Assembly (NCBI GenBank): GCA_041484665.1
Contig: JBGPIA010000007.1
Coordinates: 96,001-160,000 of the forward strand
From: Candidatus Krumholzibacteriia bacterium
Lineage (GTDB): Bacteria > Krumholzibacteriota > Krumholzibacteriia > JAJRXK01
DNA length: 64,000 nt
Reading direction: 5' to 3'
A program made the translations under genes and the position numbers. Of the stretch, positions 9,264 to 19,979 are shown piece by piece. The notes under the pieces were generated by a model, which saw only the letters and a program-made list of their open reading frames with translations, had not been told where the DNA came from and ran no database searches. Position 1 is the first letter of the stretch; every line of letters starts with the position of its first letter.

Positions 9264-10391
9264 TCAGGCCATCTGCAGCACGTTGTAGTAGTTGTCGCGC
9301 ACGGCGGGCTTGAATCCCGCCTCGCGGATCAGGTCGTCCATCTGCTCGCGCGTGAGGCGGAAGTGCACTCCAGCCTCGGCCACTACGTTTTCCTCCATCA
9401 TGGTGCTGCCGAGATCGTTGGCGCCGAAGAAGAGCGTCAGCTGACCGATCTTGCGCCCTTGAGTGACCCACGAGGCCTGGAAGTTGTCGATGTTGTTCAG
9501 CGTGATGCGGCTGATGGCCAGCGTGCGCAGATAGTCGACGCTGCCCTTCTGGCCGCCCACGCCGATCAGCTCCAGTTGCTCGGGGTGATCGCGCGCCATG
9601 GGGGTGTTGGCCGGCTGATACGTCCAGCAGATAAACGCTGTGTAACCACCGGTGCGTTCCTGGCTCTCGCGGATGCGCAGCAGGTGCTCCACGCGCTCGG
9701 GGAGCGTCTCCACGTGCCCGAACATCATTGTGGCGCTGGTGCGCATACCCTGCGCGTGCGCCTCCTCCATGATCTCGGTCCAGCGCTGGGCGGTCACCTT
9801 GGTGGGCGCCAGCAGGCTCCGCACGCGGTCGTTGAGGATCTCGGCGCCGCCGCCGGGGATGCTGTCGAGGCCGGCCTCGTGCAACTCGCGGATCACCTCG
9901 CGCGTGGGCAGCTTGAACACCCTGCCGAAGTGCTCGATCTCGCTGGGGCTGAATCCGTGGATGTGGATCGGATAGCGCTCCTTGATCCCGCGCAGCAGCC
10001 CCTTGTACCAGTCCAGCGTCAGGTTGGGATGGTGGCCGCCCTGCAGCAGGATCTGCGTGCCGCCGATCGCGAGCAGCTCTTCGATCTTGTGGTGGATCTG
10101 CTCGCTGCTCAACACGTAGGAGTCCTCTTCTTTCTTGTGGCGGTAGAAGGCGCAGAACGTGCAATCGACGTAGCAGACGTTGGTGTAGTTGATGTTGCGG
10201 TCGATGACGTAGGTCACCAGGTCGGGTGGGCACCGGCGCAGGCGGATGTCGTGGGCGGCGCGCCCCAGGGCGTGCAGATCGGCCTCCTCGAACAGCAGCA
10301 GCACCGCGCCGCCAGCCAGGCTCTCGCCGGCCACGGCCTCCTGGAGGATGTCCTCGACCTCGGGAGTGCTGCTGTAGGTCCAGGCTGCCAT
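9264..10391 (-). CDS. mqnC: Cyclic dehypoxanthinyl futalosine synthase (radical SAM)
   Basis: TYVIDRNINYTNVCYVDCTFCAFYR, LLQGGHHP, SIPGGGAEIL, QASWVTQG, GANDLGSTMMEENVV. Confidence 0.93.
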   Translation of the reverse strand: MAAWTYSSTPEVEDILQEAVAGESLAGGAVLLLFEEADLHALGRAAHDIRLRRCPPDLVTYVIDRNINYTNVCYVDCTFCAFYRHKKEEDSYVLSSEQIHHKIEELLAIGGTQILLQGGHHPNLTLDWYKGLLRGIKERYPIHIHGFSPSEIEHFGRVFKLPTREVIRELHEAGLDSIPGGGAEILNDRVRSLLAPTKVTAQRWTEIMEEAHAQGMRTSATMMFGHVETLPERVEHLLRIRESQERTGGYTAFICWTYQPANTPMARDHPEQLELIGVGGQKGSVDYLRTLAISRITLNNIDNFQASWVTQGRKIGQLTLFFGANDLGSTMMEENVVAEAGVHFRLTREQMDDLIREAGFKPAVRDNYYNVLQMA

Positions 10392-10500
10392 GGCCGGGTG
10401 AAGATAGCGCAGATCGGGCGGGCCAACCACGGGGCGTGCGGGGCCGGGTGACCGGGGGCGGAGGGGCGGGGGGAGCCGCGCACCCATGTTGCCGGCGGGT

Positions 10501-10523
10501 CCGTAAGCACAATGTGCGTACGG
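10501..10523. repeat. 23-bp palindrome, copy 1 (one mismatch)
   Basis: CCGTAAGCACAATGTGCGTACGG, intergenic. Confidence 0.85.
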
Positions 10524-10557
10524 CGCGGGCCGTAGCGCAGTCGTGTTCCGGGCGGGA

Positions 10558-10580
10558 CCGTAAGCACAATGTGCTTACGG
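10558..10580. repeat. 23-bp palindrome, copy 2 (perfect)
   Basis: CCGTAAGCACA-A-TGTGCTTACGG: perfect 11-bp arms, 57 bp after copy 1. Confidence 0.9.
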
Positions 10581-10601
10581 GACCGGCCGGGACATCGCTG
10601 T

Positions 10602-12536
10602 CTAAGGAGTGGGCGGCACGTCGGAACCCGCCGCGGCGCCGCGCCGGGTGTAGAGCCAAGAGACGCCAAGCAGCACGACCGCCGCCACCAACAGGCTCGA
10701 CACCCGGTAGACGGCGGCCAGCCCCGACAGATCGACCAGCAGCAGCTTGGCCAACAGCAGCCCGAAAACCGTCAGCCCGAACCAGCGGGCTGCCGCGCTG
10801 CCGCGAGCGAAGCCCAGCGCGCTGGCGGCCGCTCCGTAGAGCGCCCACGCGATGGAGATCGCCGCCTGCGTCCAGCGGTACGCGGCGCGCACTGTCCCCA
10901 CGTCCTCGCCGGCGCGCAGGCGCATGCGGCCGCCCTGCTCGGTGAGACCTGCGGAGATCACCAGCAGCCCCGTCGCGCCCGCGACGATCCGCAGCCAGCG
11001 ACCGACCGGCACCCCGAGCACGCGCATCCCGGCGCGGTGCGCGATCCAGCCCGCGCACGCGTAGCCCGCGGCGCACAGCAGCAGCACCGCCGTGTGCACG
11101 CCGAGCTGCGGCGCCAGTCCCCGGCCCATGTGGGCGAAATCGATCACGATCATGTGCCCAAGCGCCATGGCCAGCACGGCGAAGCTCATCGCCTTCATCC
11201 AGCGGATGCCCGTGCGCACGGCGAGCCAAAGCAGCAGATTGCCCTCCGCCACCCACGCAAACGTGACGGCGACACGGTCCAGCTCCGCCGGGACGGTGAT
11301 GATCGCGAACGTCAGAGCGACAGCCAGCAGGGTCTCGAAGGCGAGGGCCGGCTGCGGCACGCCCGCATCGGCTGCGCGGCCGCTCACGAGAACCGCCTGC
11401 GCCAGATGGAACATTGCGAGGCTGGCCGCGATCCAGCCCAGCCCGGCGCGCCGCTCGACGTGCAGCAACCACGCGCTCCACAGGAAGAACGCCGCGGCCG
11501 CGCCGATCCAAAGCACGAGGTCCGATGCCACAAAGGGGCGCCGGCGGGGCAGCCGGCGTGCGTAGGGCGTCAGGGCGAACAGCAGGAAGGTCAGCGCCTG
11601 TGCCCCCCACACGCTGGCAAAACGTCCGGCCCCGTACTCCCGTTGCGTCCAGCGCGCCCACGTGAGGTTGGTGCCCGCCAGCGCGACCGCATCGAGCCAC
11701 GCCCAACCCCGCCGCGTACCGAGCGCAAGCGCCATCAGGTCCACGCACAGCAGGAACAGCGCAAGTTGGAACGCCGCCTGACCGCCACCGGCGAGCAGCG
11801 GCGAGAGGAAGCCGCCCGCCAGCGCCACCACGGCCACCGCCTGCGAGCCCATCGCCAGGGCCACGAGGGCGCCCGCCACCGTGACCGCGACCATCGCCGC
11901 CAGGGCCGCGGCGGAGGGCATCAGCCCGTACAGCGCGTGGGCGACGTAGAGTGTCGCATAGAGGATCGCGAGCCCCGCGCCGGTGACGCCCTGGGCGAAG
12001 ATCCGTTGCCCGCGTCGCTGCAGGGCGAGGCCACCGCCCGTCATGACCGCGCCGGCGACCAGGCCCAGCGCCACGCGCCCGGCCGGGCCCACCCAGTCGT
12101 GGTCGAAAGCATGCTTGAGCAGGAAGATGACGGCGACGACCAGCACAACTGCGCCGACGCGGTTGAGCACCTTGCCGCCAAGTAAAATCTCGAGCTCGTG
12201 TGCCGAGTGCGCGTGGTTCGCCTCGCGGGCGCGATCGCGCAGCCGACGCGCGAGCGTGCCCGCCGCCGTCGGCGCCCCGGCCGCCGCGGCCGCCGCCCGA
12301 GTCAACGGCGTCGTCGGGGTCGTCGCAACAAGCAGCGCTGCTGGAGTCAACGGCTCGCCCGGCGTGAACGGGCGACGTGCGCCGCTTCCATCCAGCTCGA
12401 TCCACCGATCCTCGAGGCCGCGCACCGCGCTCTCCAGCAGCGCCAGCTTGCCCTTGGCCTGCAACGCGACGACCAGCGCGAGCAACGGCACGCCCAGCAG
12501 GACTGCCACGATCACGATCGCGAAAAGGAATTCCAT
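10602..12536 (-). CDS. DUF2339-family multi-pass membrane protein
   Basis: LEILLGGKVLNRVGAVVLV, DWVGPAGRVALG, many TM helices, C-terminal KLLLVDLSGLAAVYRVSSLL. Confidence 0.85.
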   Translation of the reverse strand: MEFLFAIVIVAVLLGVPLLALVVALQAKGKLALLESAVRGLEDRWIELDGSGARRPFTPGEPLTPAALLVATTPTTPLTRAAAAAAGAPTAAGTLARRLRDRAREANHAHSAHELEILLGGKVLNRVGAVVLVVAVIFLLKHAFDHDWVGPAGRVALGLVAGAVMTGGGLALQRRGQRIFAQGVTGAGLAILYATLYVAHALYGLMPSAAALAAMVAVTVAGALVALAMGSQAVAVVALAGGFLSPLLAGGGQAAFQLALFLLCVDLMALALGTRRGWAWLDAVALAGTNLTWARWTQREYGAGRFASVWGAQALTFLLFALTPYARRLPRRRPFVASDLVLWIGAAAAFFLWSAWLLHVERRAGLGWIAASLAMFHLAQAVLVSGRAADAGVPQPALAFETLLAVALTFAIITVPAELDRVAVTFAWVAEGNLLLWLAVRTGIRWMKAMSFAVLAMALGHMIVIDFAHMGRGLAPQLGVHTAVLLLCAAGYACAGWIAHRAGMRVLGVPVGRWLRIVAGATGLLVISAGLTEQGGRMRLRAGEDVGTVRAAYRWTQAAISIAWALYGAAASALGFARGSAAARWFGLTVFGLLLAKLLLVDLSGLAAVYRVSSLLVAAVVLLGVSWLYTRRGAAAGSDVPPTP

Positions 12537-12785
12537 GGCCCTTGGCCCCGGGGGACCGCACGAAGGGCGCGGATCACCCGCACGCTGCGCGCAGATCGCT
12601 GTCAGTTCGCTCGGGGACCGCCCCCGGCCCGCCGGCAGTCTGGCACGCACCCAGGCGAATCGTCCATCGCCCAGGCACTCGGCCATGGCGAGGCGGCACA
12701 GGGCGTAAGTCCGCGCGGCAGCAAGAGCCGGTGCCAAACCGGCTTCCTTGGGGTAGACTGGCCGCCGGCCCCGACCGGAGCTCCC

Positions 12786-13133
12786 TTGGAGACAGCCTGC
12801 AACATCGGGCCGTCGCAGCAGCGCCGCCGGCTCATCGTCGGTATGCCGCTGCTCTTCGCCGGCGTCGTCGCGTCGTTCCTCACGCGCAGCGTCCTCGCGC
12901 AATTGATCGCCTTCCTCGGCTTGCTGACCGTGCTCCAGGTTCCTACGCAAACCTGCGTCGCGCTCGCCCTGCGCGGCGAGAAGAACCTCGACCAGGGGCC
13001 GGTCCGGCTGGACGATCCCGCGGAGATCGCCTTCTTCCGCAGGCGCGCGCTGCAGGTCGTGGCGCTGGCGTTGTTGGCGACGCTGCTGCTGTGGGCCGCC
13101 AGCCGTGCCTGGTTCCGCTTCGCCCGGGCTTGA
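12786..13133 (+). CDS. Small hypothetical membrane protein
   Basis: TTG start after [15 protein letters not shown] followed by three hydrophobic segments. Fills the gap before the next gene. Confidence 0.6.
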   Translation: METACNIGPSQQRRRLIVGMPLLFAGVVASFLTRSVLAQLIAFLGLLTVLQVPTQTCVALALRGEKNLDQGPVRLDDPAEIAFFRRRALQVVALALLATLLLWAASRAWFRFARA

Positions 13134-13179
13134 AGCCCTCCGTCCGACCCCCCCATCCAGATCGCAGGAGGAACCCCCA

Positions 13180-16100
13180 GTGAGACGCACGCTCTTCGCA
13201 TCGCTCGCGTTCGCCGTGCTCACGGCAAAGGCCGTGCTCGGCATCGATCTCGCCGTGGCCGCTGCGCCACCGAAGGCCGGCGCGAGCGCGAAGCAGCCCG
13301 GCGACCCCGCCCAGGACGTGAAGGTGAGCGCGGCCAAGACGGCGAACGACGAGTCCAAGCCGGAGAAGGACGGGACCAAGGCCGAGAAGAAGAAGGAAGC
13401 GCCCAAGCGAGCCAAGGACGAGAAGGCCAAGGGCAAGCAGGACGAGAAGAAGGAGAAGCTGAGCGCCGAGACGCTGGCGGGGCTCAAGTTCCGCTCGATC
13501 GGCCCCGCTCTCACGTCGGGGCGTATCGTGGATCTGGCCGTGCACCCGAAGGACCAGAGCGTCTATTTCGTGGTCGCCGGGTCGGGCGGCGTGTGGAAGA
13601 CCACCAACCACGGCACGACGTTCAAGCCGGTGTTCGACGGCGCCGGCTCCTATTCGGTGGGGTGCGTCACGATCTCCGCCGCGGACCCGCTGCAGGTGTG
13701 GGTGGGCTCGGGTGAGAACAACAGCCAGCGCAGCGTCGGCTACGGCGACGGCGTCTACAAGTCCGTGGATGGTGGCGAGACCTTCGACAACGTCGGGCTG
13801 AAGGACTCGGAGCACATCGGCCGCATCGTCGTCCATCCGCAGGATCCCGGGGTCGTCTACGTAGCGGCACAGGGTCCGCTGTGGGGCCCGGGTGGCGACC
13901 GCGGCCTCTACAAGACGCAGGACGGCGGCAAGACCTGGAAGGCCGTGCTGACCATCAGCGAGAACACCGGCGTCTCCGATGTCGTCATGGACCCGCGCAA
14001 CCCCGACGTGCTGTACGCGTCAGCCTACCAGCGCCGCCGCCACGTCTGGACGCTCATCGACGGTGGCCCCGAGTCGGCCATCTACAAGAGCGTGGACGCC
14101 GGACAGACCTGGACCAAGCTGACGAAGGGGCTGCCCGGCAAGGACAGCAAGGACGTCGGCCGCATCGGGCTGGCCATCGCGCCCGCCGATCCCGACGTGG
14201 TCTACGCCATCATCGAGACTCCCGACGATGACAAGGGCGTGTACCGCACCACCAATGCGGGGGCGAGTTGGGAGAAGCGCTGTGGTTACGTGGCCAGCAG
14301 CCCGCAGTACTACCAGGAGCTGTTCTGCGACCCCAAGGAGGTGGGCCGCCTCTACTCCGTGGACTTCTCCATCATGATGAGCGAGGACGGCGGCAAGACC
14401 TTCAACAAGCTGGCCGAGGTGGCCAAGCACGTAGACAACCACGCGCTGTCGATCGACCCGCAGGACACGCGTCACCTGCTGTCCGGCTGCGACGGCGGAC
14501 TCTACGAGACGTACGACCGCGGCGCGACGTGGATCTTCAAGGCCAACCTGCCCGTCACGCAGTTCTACCGCGTTGCTGTCGACAACTCCGAGCCGTTCTA
14601 CTACGTGTATGGTGGCACGCAGGACAATTTCAGCTTGGGGGGCCCATCGCGCACCACCAGCGCCAGCGGCATCCTCAACGCCGACTGGTTCGTCACCACC
14701 GGCGGCGACGGCTTCTTCAGCCGCGTGGACCCCGTCGACCCCAACATCATCTACTCCGAGTCGCAGCACGGCGGCCTCGTGCGCTTCGACCGGAGCAACG
14801 GCGAGACCATCGACATCCAGCCGCAGCCCGGACCCGACGATCCGGGGTTGCGCTGGAACTGGGACTCTCCCCTGATCATCAGCCCCCACTCGCCTGCGCG
14901 GCTGTACTTCGCGGCGCAGCGCCTCTTCAGCAGCGACGACCGCGGTGACAGCTGGAAGCCGGTCAGCCCCGATCTCACGCGTCAGGTGGACCGCAACAAG
15001 CTCGCGGTGATGGGCAAGGTGTGGAGCGTGGACGCGGTGGCGAAGAATGCCTCGACGTCGTTCTACGGCAACATCGTGGCCCTCAGCGAGTCGCCGCTGG
15101 TCGAGGGGCTGCTCTACGTGGGCACCGACGATGGCCTCGTCCAGGTCACGCAGGATGGCGGCAAGGCCTGGAGCAAGATCGACAAGTTCGCCGGCGTCCC
15201 CGACATGACCTACGTGCGCCGGCTGGAAGCCTCACTGCACGATCCCAACACCGTCTACGCGGTGTTCGACAACCACAAGATGCACGACTTCAAGCCGTAC
15301 CTGCTCGTGAGCCGTGACCGCGGCGCGACCTGGACGTCGATCGCGGGCGACCTCCCGGCGCGCGGGCAGGTCAACTCGCTCGCGCAGGACCCGGCGAGGG
15401 CCGACCTGCTGTTCGCCGGCACCGAGTTCGGCCTCTACGTGACCCTCGACGGCGGCAAGAAGTGGATCCAGCTCAAGGGTGGCCTGCCCACCGTCCAGAT
15501 CCGCGACCTGGCGATCCAGCAGCGCGAGAACGACCTGGTGGTCGCCAGCTTCGGGCGCGGCTTCTACATCCTGGACGACTTCACGCCGCTGCGGAAGCTC
15601 AGCGCCGCGGCCCTCGAACAGCACGCGGCGCTGAGCTTCCCGGTGAAGCCGGCGTGGATGTACATGGAGAAGCAGCCGCTCGGCCTGCCCGGCAAGGCGT
15701 TCCAGGGCGACAGCTTCTACGCCGCGTCCAACCCGCCGTTCGGCGCTACGTTTACCTACTACCTGCGCGACGAGCTCCAGACGCGCAAGGCCAGGCGCCA
15801 GGGCGACGAGAAGAAGACCCGGGAAGCGGCCGGGATTGTCTCGTACCCGAGCTGGGACGCGCTGCGCGCCGAGGCGCGCGAGGATGCGCCGGTGGTGATC
15901 GTCACGATCAGCGACGAGGATGGCGACGTCATCCGGCGCCTGACCGGACCCACCGACGCGGGCATCCACCGCGTGTCGTGGGACCTGCGCTATCCACCCC
16001 CCGACCCCACCAACCTCAATCCTGGCGAGCCGAACATCTTCGCGCCGCCGCCGATGGGCCCGATGGTCGCTCCCGACACCTACCGCGTCACCTTCGAGCA

Positions 16101-16662
16101 GCGCGTCGACGGCGTGATGAGCCCGTTGTGCGACCCGCAGATGTTCCGGTGCGTGGCGCTGGGGACCGCAACGCTGCCTGCCAAGGACAAGGAGGCGGTC
16201 CTGGCCTTCGAGCGCAAGACGGCCCGATTGCAGCGCGTTGTGTTGGGCAGCGTCGAGGCGGCACGCGAGGCGCAGACGCGCCTCGACCACGTGAAGAAGG
16301 CCATCACCGACGCGCCCGACGCCGCGCCGGCGTTGCGCGAGCAGGCCATCGCGCTGGAGCGGCGCCTGAAAGACCTGCGCGAACGGCTGGAGGGGGATAC
16401 CGTCCTGCGCTCCCACAACGAGCCGACGCCCCCGTCGATCAGCGAGCGCGTCGGGCAAATCGTCACCGGGCACTGGACGTCGACCTCGGCGCCCACGAAG
16501 ACGCACCAGGACAATTATGCGATCGCCGCGCAGCAGTTCGGGCAGGTCCTCGAGCAGTTGCGCACGCTGATCGAGGTCGATCTGCGCGGCCTGGAGGACC
16601 AGATCGAGGCGGTGGGCGCTCCGTGGACGCCCGGGCGCGTCCCGCGCTGGAAGTCCGAGTAG
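13180..16662 (+). CDS. Secreted BNR/Asp-box (VPS10/sortilin-like) beta-propeller protein
   Basis: AGGAGG RBS and GTG start, signal peptide, Lys/Glu-rich linker, [13 protein letters not shown], repeated SxDxGxTW boxes, C-terminal coiled coil. Confidence 0.9.
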   Translation: MRRTLFASLAFAVLTAKAVLGIDLAVAAAPPKAGASAKQPGDPAQDVKVSAAKTANDESKPEKDGTKAEKKKEAPKRAKDEKAKGKQDEKKEKLSAETLAGLKFRSIGPALTSGRIVDLAVHPKDQSVYFVVAGSGGVWKTTNHGTTFKPVFDGAGSYSVGCVTISAADPLQVWVGSGENNSQRSVGYGDGVYKSVDGGETFDNVGLKDSEHIGRIVVHPQDPGVVYVAAQGPLWGPGGDRGLYKTQDGGKTWKAVLTISENTGVSDVVMDPRNPDVLYASAYQRRRHVWTLIDGGPESAIYKSVDAGQTWTKLTKGLPGKDSKDVGRIGLAIAPADPDVVYAIIETPDDDKGVYRTTNAGASWEKRCGYVASSPQYYQELFCDPKEVGRLYSVDFSIMMSEDGGKTFNKLAEVAKHVDNHALSIDPQDTRHLLSGCDGGLYETYDRGATWIFKANLPVTQFYRVAVDNSEPFYYVYGGTQDNFSLGGPSRTTSASGILNADWFVTTGGDGFFSRVDPVDPNIIYSESQHGGLVRFDRSNGETIDIQPQPGPDDPGLRWNWDSPLIISPHSPARLYFAAQRLFSSDDRGDSWKPVSPDLTRQVDRNKLAVMGKVWSVDAVAKNASTSFYGNIVALSESPLVEGLLYVGTDDGLVQVTQDGGKAWSKIDKFAGVPDMTYVRRLEASLHDPNTVYAVFDNHKMHDFKPYLLVSRDRGATWTSIAGDLPARGQVNSLAQDPARADLLFAGTEFGLYVTLDGGKKWIQLKGGLPTVQIRDLAIQQRENDLVVASFGRGFYILDDFTPLRKLSAAALEQHAALSFPVKPAWMYMEKQPLGLPGKAFQGDSFYAASNPPFGATFTYYLRDELQTRKARRQGDEKKTREAAGIVSYPSWDALRAEAREDAPVVIVTISDEDGDVIRRLTGPTDAGIHRVSWDLRYPPPDPTNLNPGEPNIFAPPPMGPMVAPDTYRVTFEQRVDGVMSPLCDPQMFRCVALGTATLPAKDKEAVLAFERKTARLQRVVLGSVEAAREAQTRLDHVKKAITDAPDAAPALREQAIALERRLKDLRERLEGDTVLRSHNEPTPPSISERVGQIVTGHWTSTSAPTKTHQDNYAIAAQQFGQVLEQLRTLIEVDLRGLEDQIEAVGAPWTPGRVPRWKSE

Positions 16663-16782
16663 ACCGCAGCGGGTAGCAGGGGGCGATGGAAGCGCCGGCG
16701 GCCGGGGGGTCTGGACACTCCGGCGGCGGGACGTGGTGGCCCGCCCGCAGCAGCGGCGCGCGCCCGGCCCTGTCACGGGCGC

Positions 16783-17535
16783 TCAGGCGTGCGGGTGGCG
16801 ATGCTGGAGGATGTGCGGCTTCTCCAGACCGTGCGCCAGCATGAACGCCTCGTCGGACAACAGCTCCACCGTCGGCCCGTCGGCGAGCACGCGTCCCTCG
16901 TCCAGCACGATCGTGCGCGGGCAGAGCTCCACCACCAGCTCGAGATCGTGGGTAGCGATGATCTTCGTGGCGGGGATGCGTCGCAGCAGCTCCTTCAGCT
17001 GGCGCTTGGCACGCGGGTCGAGGTCGCTGGTCGGCTCATCCAGTGCGAGCACGCGGGGCCGGCAGGCGAGGATCCCCGCAAGACACACGCGCTGCTTCTC
17101 GCCCCCGCTCAGGTGGTGGGGCGAGCGGTCCTCGAAGCCGGCGAGCCCGACCTGCGCGAGAGTCTCGAGCACGCGCGCGCGCAGCTCACCATCGCTGGCG
17201 CCGAACTGCTGCGGACCGAACGCCACGTCCTCGTACACGGTGGGGCAGAACAGCTGGTCGTCGGGGTCCTGGAACAGAAGCCCCACGCGGCGGCGGATCA
17301 TCTCCAGGTTCCGCGGCTCCACCGGGTCGCCGCAGATGAAGACCGACGGCACTGGCCCGAGCTTCTCGGGCAGGATGCCGTTGAGATGCAGCAGCACGGT
17401 GGACTTGCCGGCACCGTTGGGGCCGATGAGCCCCACGCACTCCCCCTCGCCGACCTTGAAGCTCACCCCGCGCAGCGCCAACTCGCCGTCCGGATAGCGG
17501 AATTGGAGATCGCGGACCTCGATGGCGTCGCTCAT
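16783..17535 (-). CDS. cbiO: ECF (Ni/Co) transporter ATPase
   Basis: Walker A GPNGAGKST, FQDPDDQLF, LSGGEKQRV, LDEPT, ATHD. Confidence 0.92.
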   Translation of the reverse strand: MSDAIEVRDLQFRYPDGELALRGVSFKVGEGECVGLIGPNGAGKSTVLLHLNGILPEKLGPVPSVFICGDPVEPRNLEMIRRRVGLLFQDPDDQLFCPTVYEDVAFGPQQFGASDGELRARVLETLAQVGLAGFEDRSPHHLSGGEKQRVCLAGILACRPRVLALDEPTSDLDPRAKRQLKELLRRIPATKIIATHDLELVVELCPRTIVLDEGRVLADGPTVELLSDEAFMLAHGLEKPHILQHRHPHA

Positions 17536-18143
17536 CGCCAGCCCCGCGCGCGCATGGCGGCATAGATGCGCTCGCCGCGCTCCGACGACCGCACGAACAG
17601 CTGCGCCGCCACCGAAGCCAACGACGTCCACGCCAGCCAGCGCCTGCGAACGAACGTGCGGCTGGCCCGCGCCCGCTTCAAGCGATCCGCCTCATCGAGC
17701 AGCACGCTGAGATACCGATACATGAGGGCGAGCACCGTTACCATCAGCGCCGGCACGCGAGCGCGCCGCATCAGCTGCAGGAGGTCGGAGAAGGGCGTGA
17801 CGGCGGAGAAGAGGACCATGGCGCAGAGGCAGAGCGTGCTCTTGGCCAGCACGGTGAGGAAGACGGCTGCGCCGTGGGGCTGCAGCACGCTCAGAGCGGC
17901 AACCCCCAGCGCGAATGGCTCGAGCAGGAGTACGCGCTTGCCCAGCTGCGCCGGCGGAATACGGCTGAGCGCAGCGGCCGCGAGCAGCACGAGCGCGACC
18001 GCAGCAAGCGGCCAGGCGCTTCCGACGGGGGTGAGCACGACTGCGAGAACCGCTGCCAGCGCCAGCAGCAGTTTGGCGCTCGCCTTTGTCCGATGCACCG
18101 GGCTCTGCAAGCGGCTGTAGCGACCGAGGAGCTCGAGGCGCAC
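17532..18143 (-). CDS. cbiQ: ECF (Ni/Co) transporter T component
   Basis: SPVHR at the N-terminus, TM helices, MYRYL, ARASR, ERIYAAMRARG. Lies between cbiM and cbiO. Confidence 0.88.
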   Translation of the reverse strand: MRLELLGRYSRLQSPVHRTKASAKLLLALAAVLAVVLTPVGSAWPLAAVALVLLAAAALSRIPPAQLGKRVLLLEPFALGVAALSVLQPHGAAVFLTVLAKSTLCLCAMVLFSAVTPFSDLLQLMRRARVPALMVTVLALMYRYLSVLLDEADRLKRARASRTFVRRRWLAWTSLASVAAQLFVRSSERGERIYAAMRARGWR

Positions 18144-18156
18144 GACGAGGGCGAAC

Positions 18157-19116
18157 TCACGCCTGCGGCAGCGGAGGCTTGCGGCTCTTTGCTACGGGCA
18201 CGATCGCGCGGGCCAACAAGAACGCCAGCCCGAAAGCCACCGCGGTGCCGATGGCGCCGGCCAGCGCAGTTGCCGCCGCCGCCGACCCGATTCCCGCCAG
18301 CCGGTAGCCCGCCCACGGCGACGGCACCAGCGACCGGACCGCCGCCTGGTGCCCGAATCCAAGGGCCGCGGCCACCTTCTCCAACCCGTCGGGCCACGGC
18401 GACGCGAAGGGCGCGACGAACAGGGCGAGCACGGCCGCCACGACGAGGCCGTACACGAGCACCTCGCCTAAACCCGTGCGCGCGGACTCGTTGTGATCGA
18501 TCAGCTCCGGTCGCGTGCGCCGGATAGCGGCGAGCACGAGCGCGGTGATCAGGCCCTCGCCCAGGCCGATCAGCATGTGCACGTTCGCCATGGCTGGAAA
18601 GCCGGCCGACCAGGACACGGTGCCTGACCAGGCGAGCTCTCCGGCGCAGCAGATCGAGGCCAGCACGGTGGAGCACCACGCAGCGAAGGCCACCGCCAGG
18701 AACCACCCGCGCTCCCCGGGGAACAGCCTGCGCACGGCGCGATGGATCGCGTAGCCGGAGAGCGCCGCCACCAGCGCCATGTTCAGCACGTTGGCTCCCA
18801 GCGCGAGCACGCCTCCGTCGGCGAAGAGCAGACATTGCACGATGAGCACGGACGTCAGGACGACGACCGCCGCGCTCGGGCCCAGGAGCACCCCGACCAG
18901 CACCGCGCCCATCAGGTGCCCCGACGTGCCTCCCGCCACCGGGAAGTTGAGCATTTGCGCGGCGAACACGAACGCGGCCGTCAGCCCCATGAGCGGCACG
19001 TTGCGGGGCGGCACGTGGCGGCGGGCCTGCCGCAGCGCAAACCCGACCCCGGCCAAGGACAGCCCGGCGGTCGCCGCGGCGGTGCGCGCATCCAGGAATC
19101 CATCGGGGATGTGCAT
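18157..19116 (-). CDS. cbiM: ECF Ni/Co transporter S component, CbiM/NikM fused to a PDGLE (NikN-like) domain
   Basis: Metal-binding N-terminus MHIPDGF (usually the NikM type), QMLNFPVAGGTSGH, C-terminal ASPWPDGLE. Confidence 0.92.
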   Translation of the reverse strand: MHIPDGFLDARTAAATAGLSLAGVGFALRQARRHVPPRNVPLMGLTAAFVFAAQMLNFPVAGGTSGHLMGAVLVGVLLGPSAAVVVLTSVLIVQCLLFADGGVLALGANVLNMALVAALSGYAIHRAVRRLFPGERGWFLAVAFAAWCSTVLASICCAGELAWSGTVSWSAGFPAMANVHMLIGLGEGLITALVLAAIRRTRPELIDHNESARTGLGEVLVYGLVVAAVLALFVAPFASPWPDGLEKVAAALGFGHQAAVRSLVPSPWAGYRLAGIGSAAAATALAGAIGTAVAFGLAFLLARAIVPVAKSRKPPLPQA

Positions 19117-19332
19117 CGCTTGAACGCCGTCCTGAGTTCGGGGTGCGCCGCGCGGCTGCCAGGATACACCCGCCGCATGGCGGGCGCCGCTCAAGTGCCG
19201 AGCCTGGCCGCGCTCGCCGCCCAGGCGGCCGGACTGCCACCAGCGGCGCTTGGGGCCCGGGCTGCAGCATGCGCGCAGCGAGGGCGGGGCTGGCGATCGC
19301 ACCGCCGTCACGTCGCGTGCGACGCAGCGGAC

Positions 19333-19929
19333 CTACTGCCCTAAGTAGTGCCCCTTCAGCGACCCCCAGCTTGCCTGCCCCGTGGGTACGGGTGGCTCGA
19401 GGTGAGCGGGGTTGACGACCGCGCAGCCTCGATACGCCGCACCAAAGGGCCGCAGGTCATCCACGTGCTGGCAGGTCACGTAACCCGGGCTGGGCGGGCT
19501 GAAGCTCGACGGCGATGAGGGCCCCAGGCAGATCGTGAGGTCATGCGTGGCCGCCAACATCAGGACGGAGTAGTCGACGAGAACGGCCTGACCGCTCGTC
19601 GCGACGCACGATCCAGTGCCGACGATCCAGTTGTCGTCACCTTGGCCCAGATCGACCGAGCGCCCCGGTGGGAGCGCTCGGGACGGGACGATCATCTGCC
19701 CCGGGAAGAAGAGCCGGCACTCCCACCCGAGCAGACCTCCCGGGGGCGCGGTTGCGACCAGATAGAGATGGAAGCCCATGAACGCCAGGGCGGTCATGGA
19801 GGTCTGCGTCGCGGCGCGGTCGAAGAAGACTCCCAGGTCGCCCGGCTGGGGCTGGCCGTGCGCGCACGTCGCGGCGACCAGCACGCACGCGAGCGTGAGC
19901 AGAATCGAGATGCCACTGCGGTGATCCAT
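19333..19929 (-). CDS. Secreted hypothetical protein with SWGxxKxxY C-terminal tail
   Basis: GGAGG RBS, signal peptide, ends in VPTGQASWGSLKGHYLGQ. Confidence 0.78.
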   Translation of the reverse strand: MDHRSGISILLTLACVLVAATCAHGQPQPGDLGVFFDRAATQTSMTALAFMGFHLYLVATAPPGGLLGWECRLFFPGQMIVPSRALPPGRSVDLGQGDDNWIVGTGSCVATSGQAVLVDYSVLMLAATHDLTICLGPSSPSSFSPPSPGYVTCQHVDDLRPFGAAYRGCAVVNPAHLEPPVPTGQASWGSLKGHYLGQ

Positions 19930-19979
19930 GATTCCTCCCGTATGCCGCTGAAGGAGCGAGCCTCCGCATCTCGCGGCCA

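Noticed and set aside
10494..10580. Mini CRISPR array (two 30-bp repeats, 27-bp spacer)
   Set aside because: Only two units, no cas genes in the window, and a solitary third copy 48 kb away fits a dispersed element better.
8896..12561. 1221-aa minus-strand ORF and similar long ORFs (44261-46921, 21910-23955, 42029-44206)
   Set aside because: Arg/Ala/Gly-rich shadow frames overlapping well-supported genes, as expected at very high GC.
19117..19332. Cobalamin riboswitch upstream of cbiM
   Set aside because: No recognisable B12-box by eye. An Rfam scan would be needed to exclude it formally.
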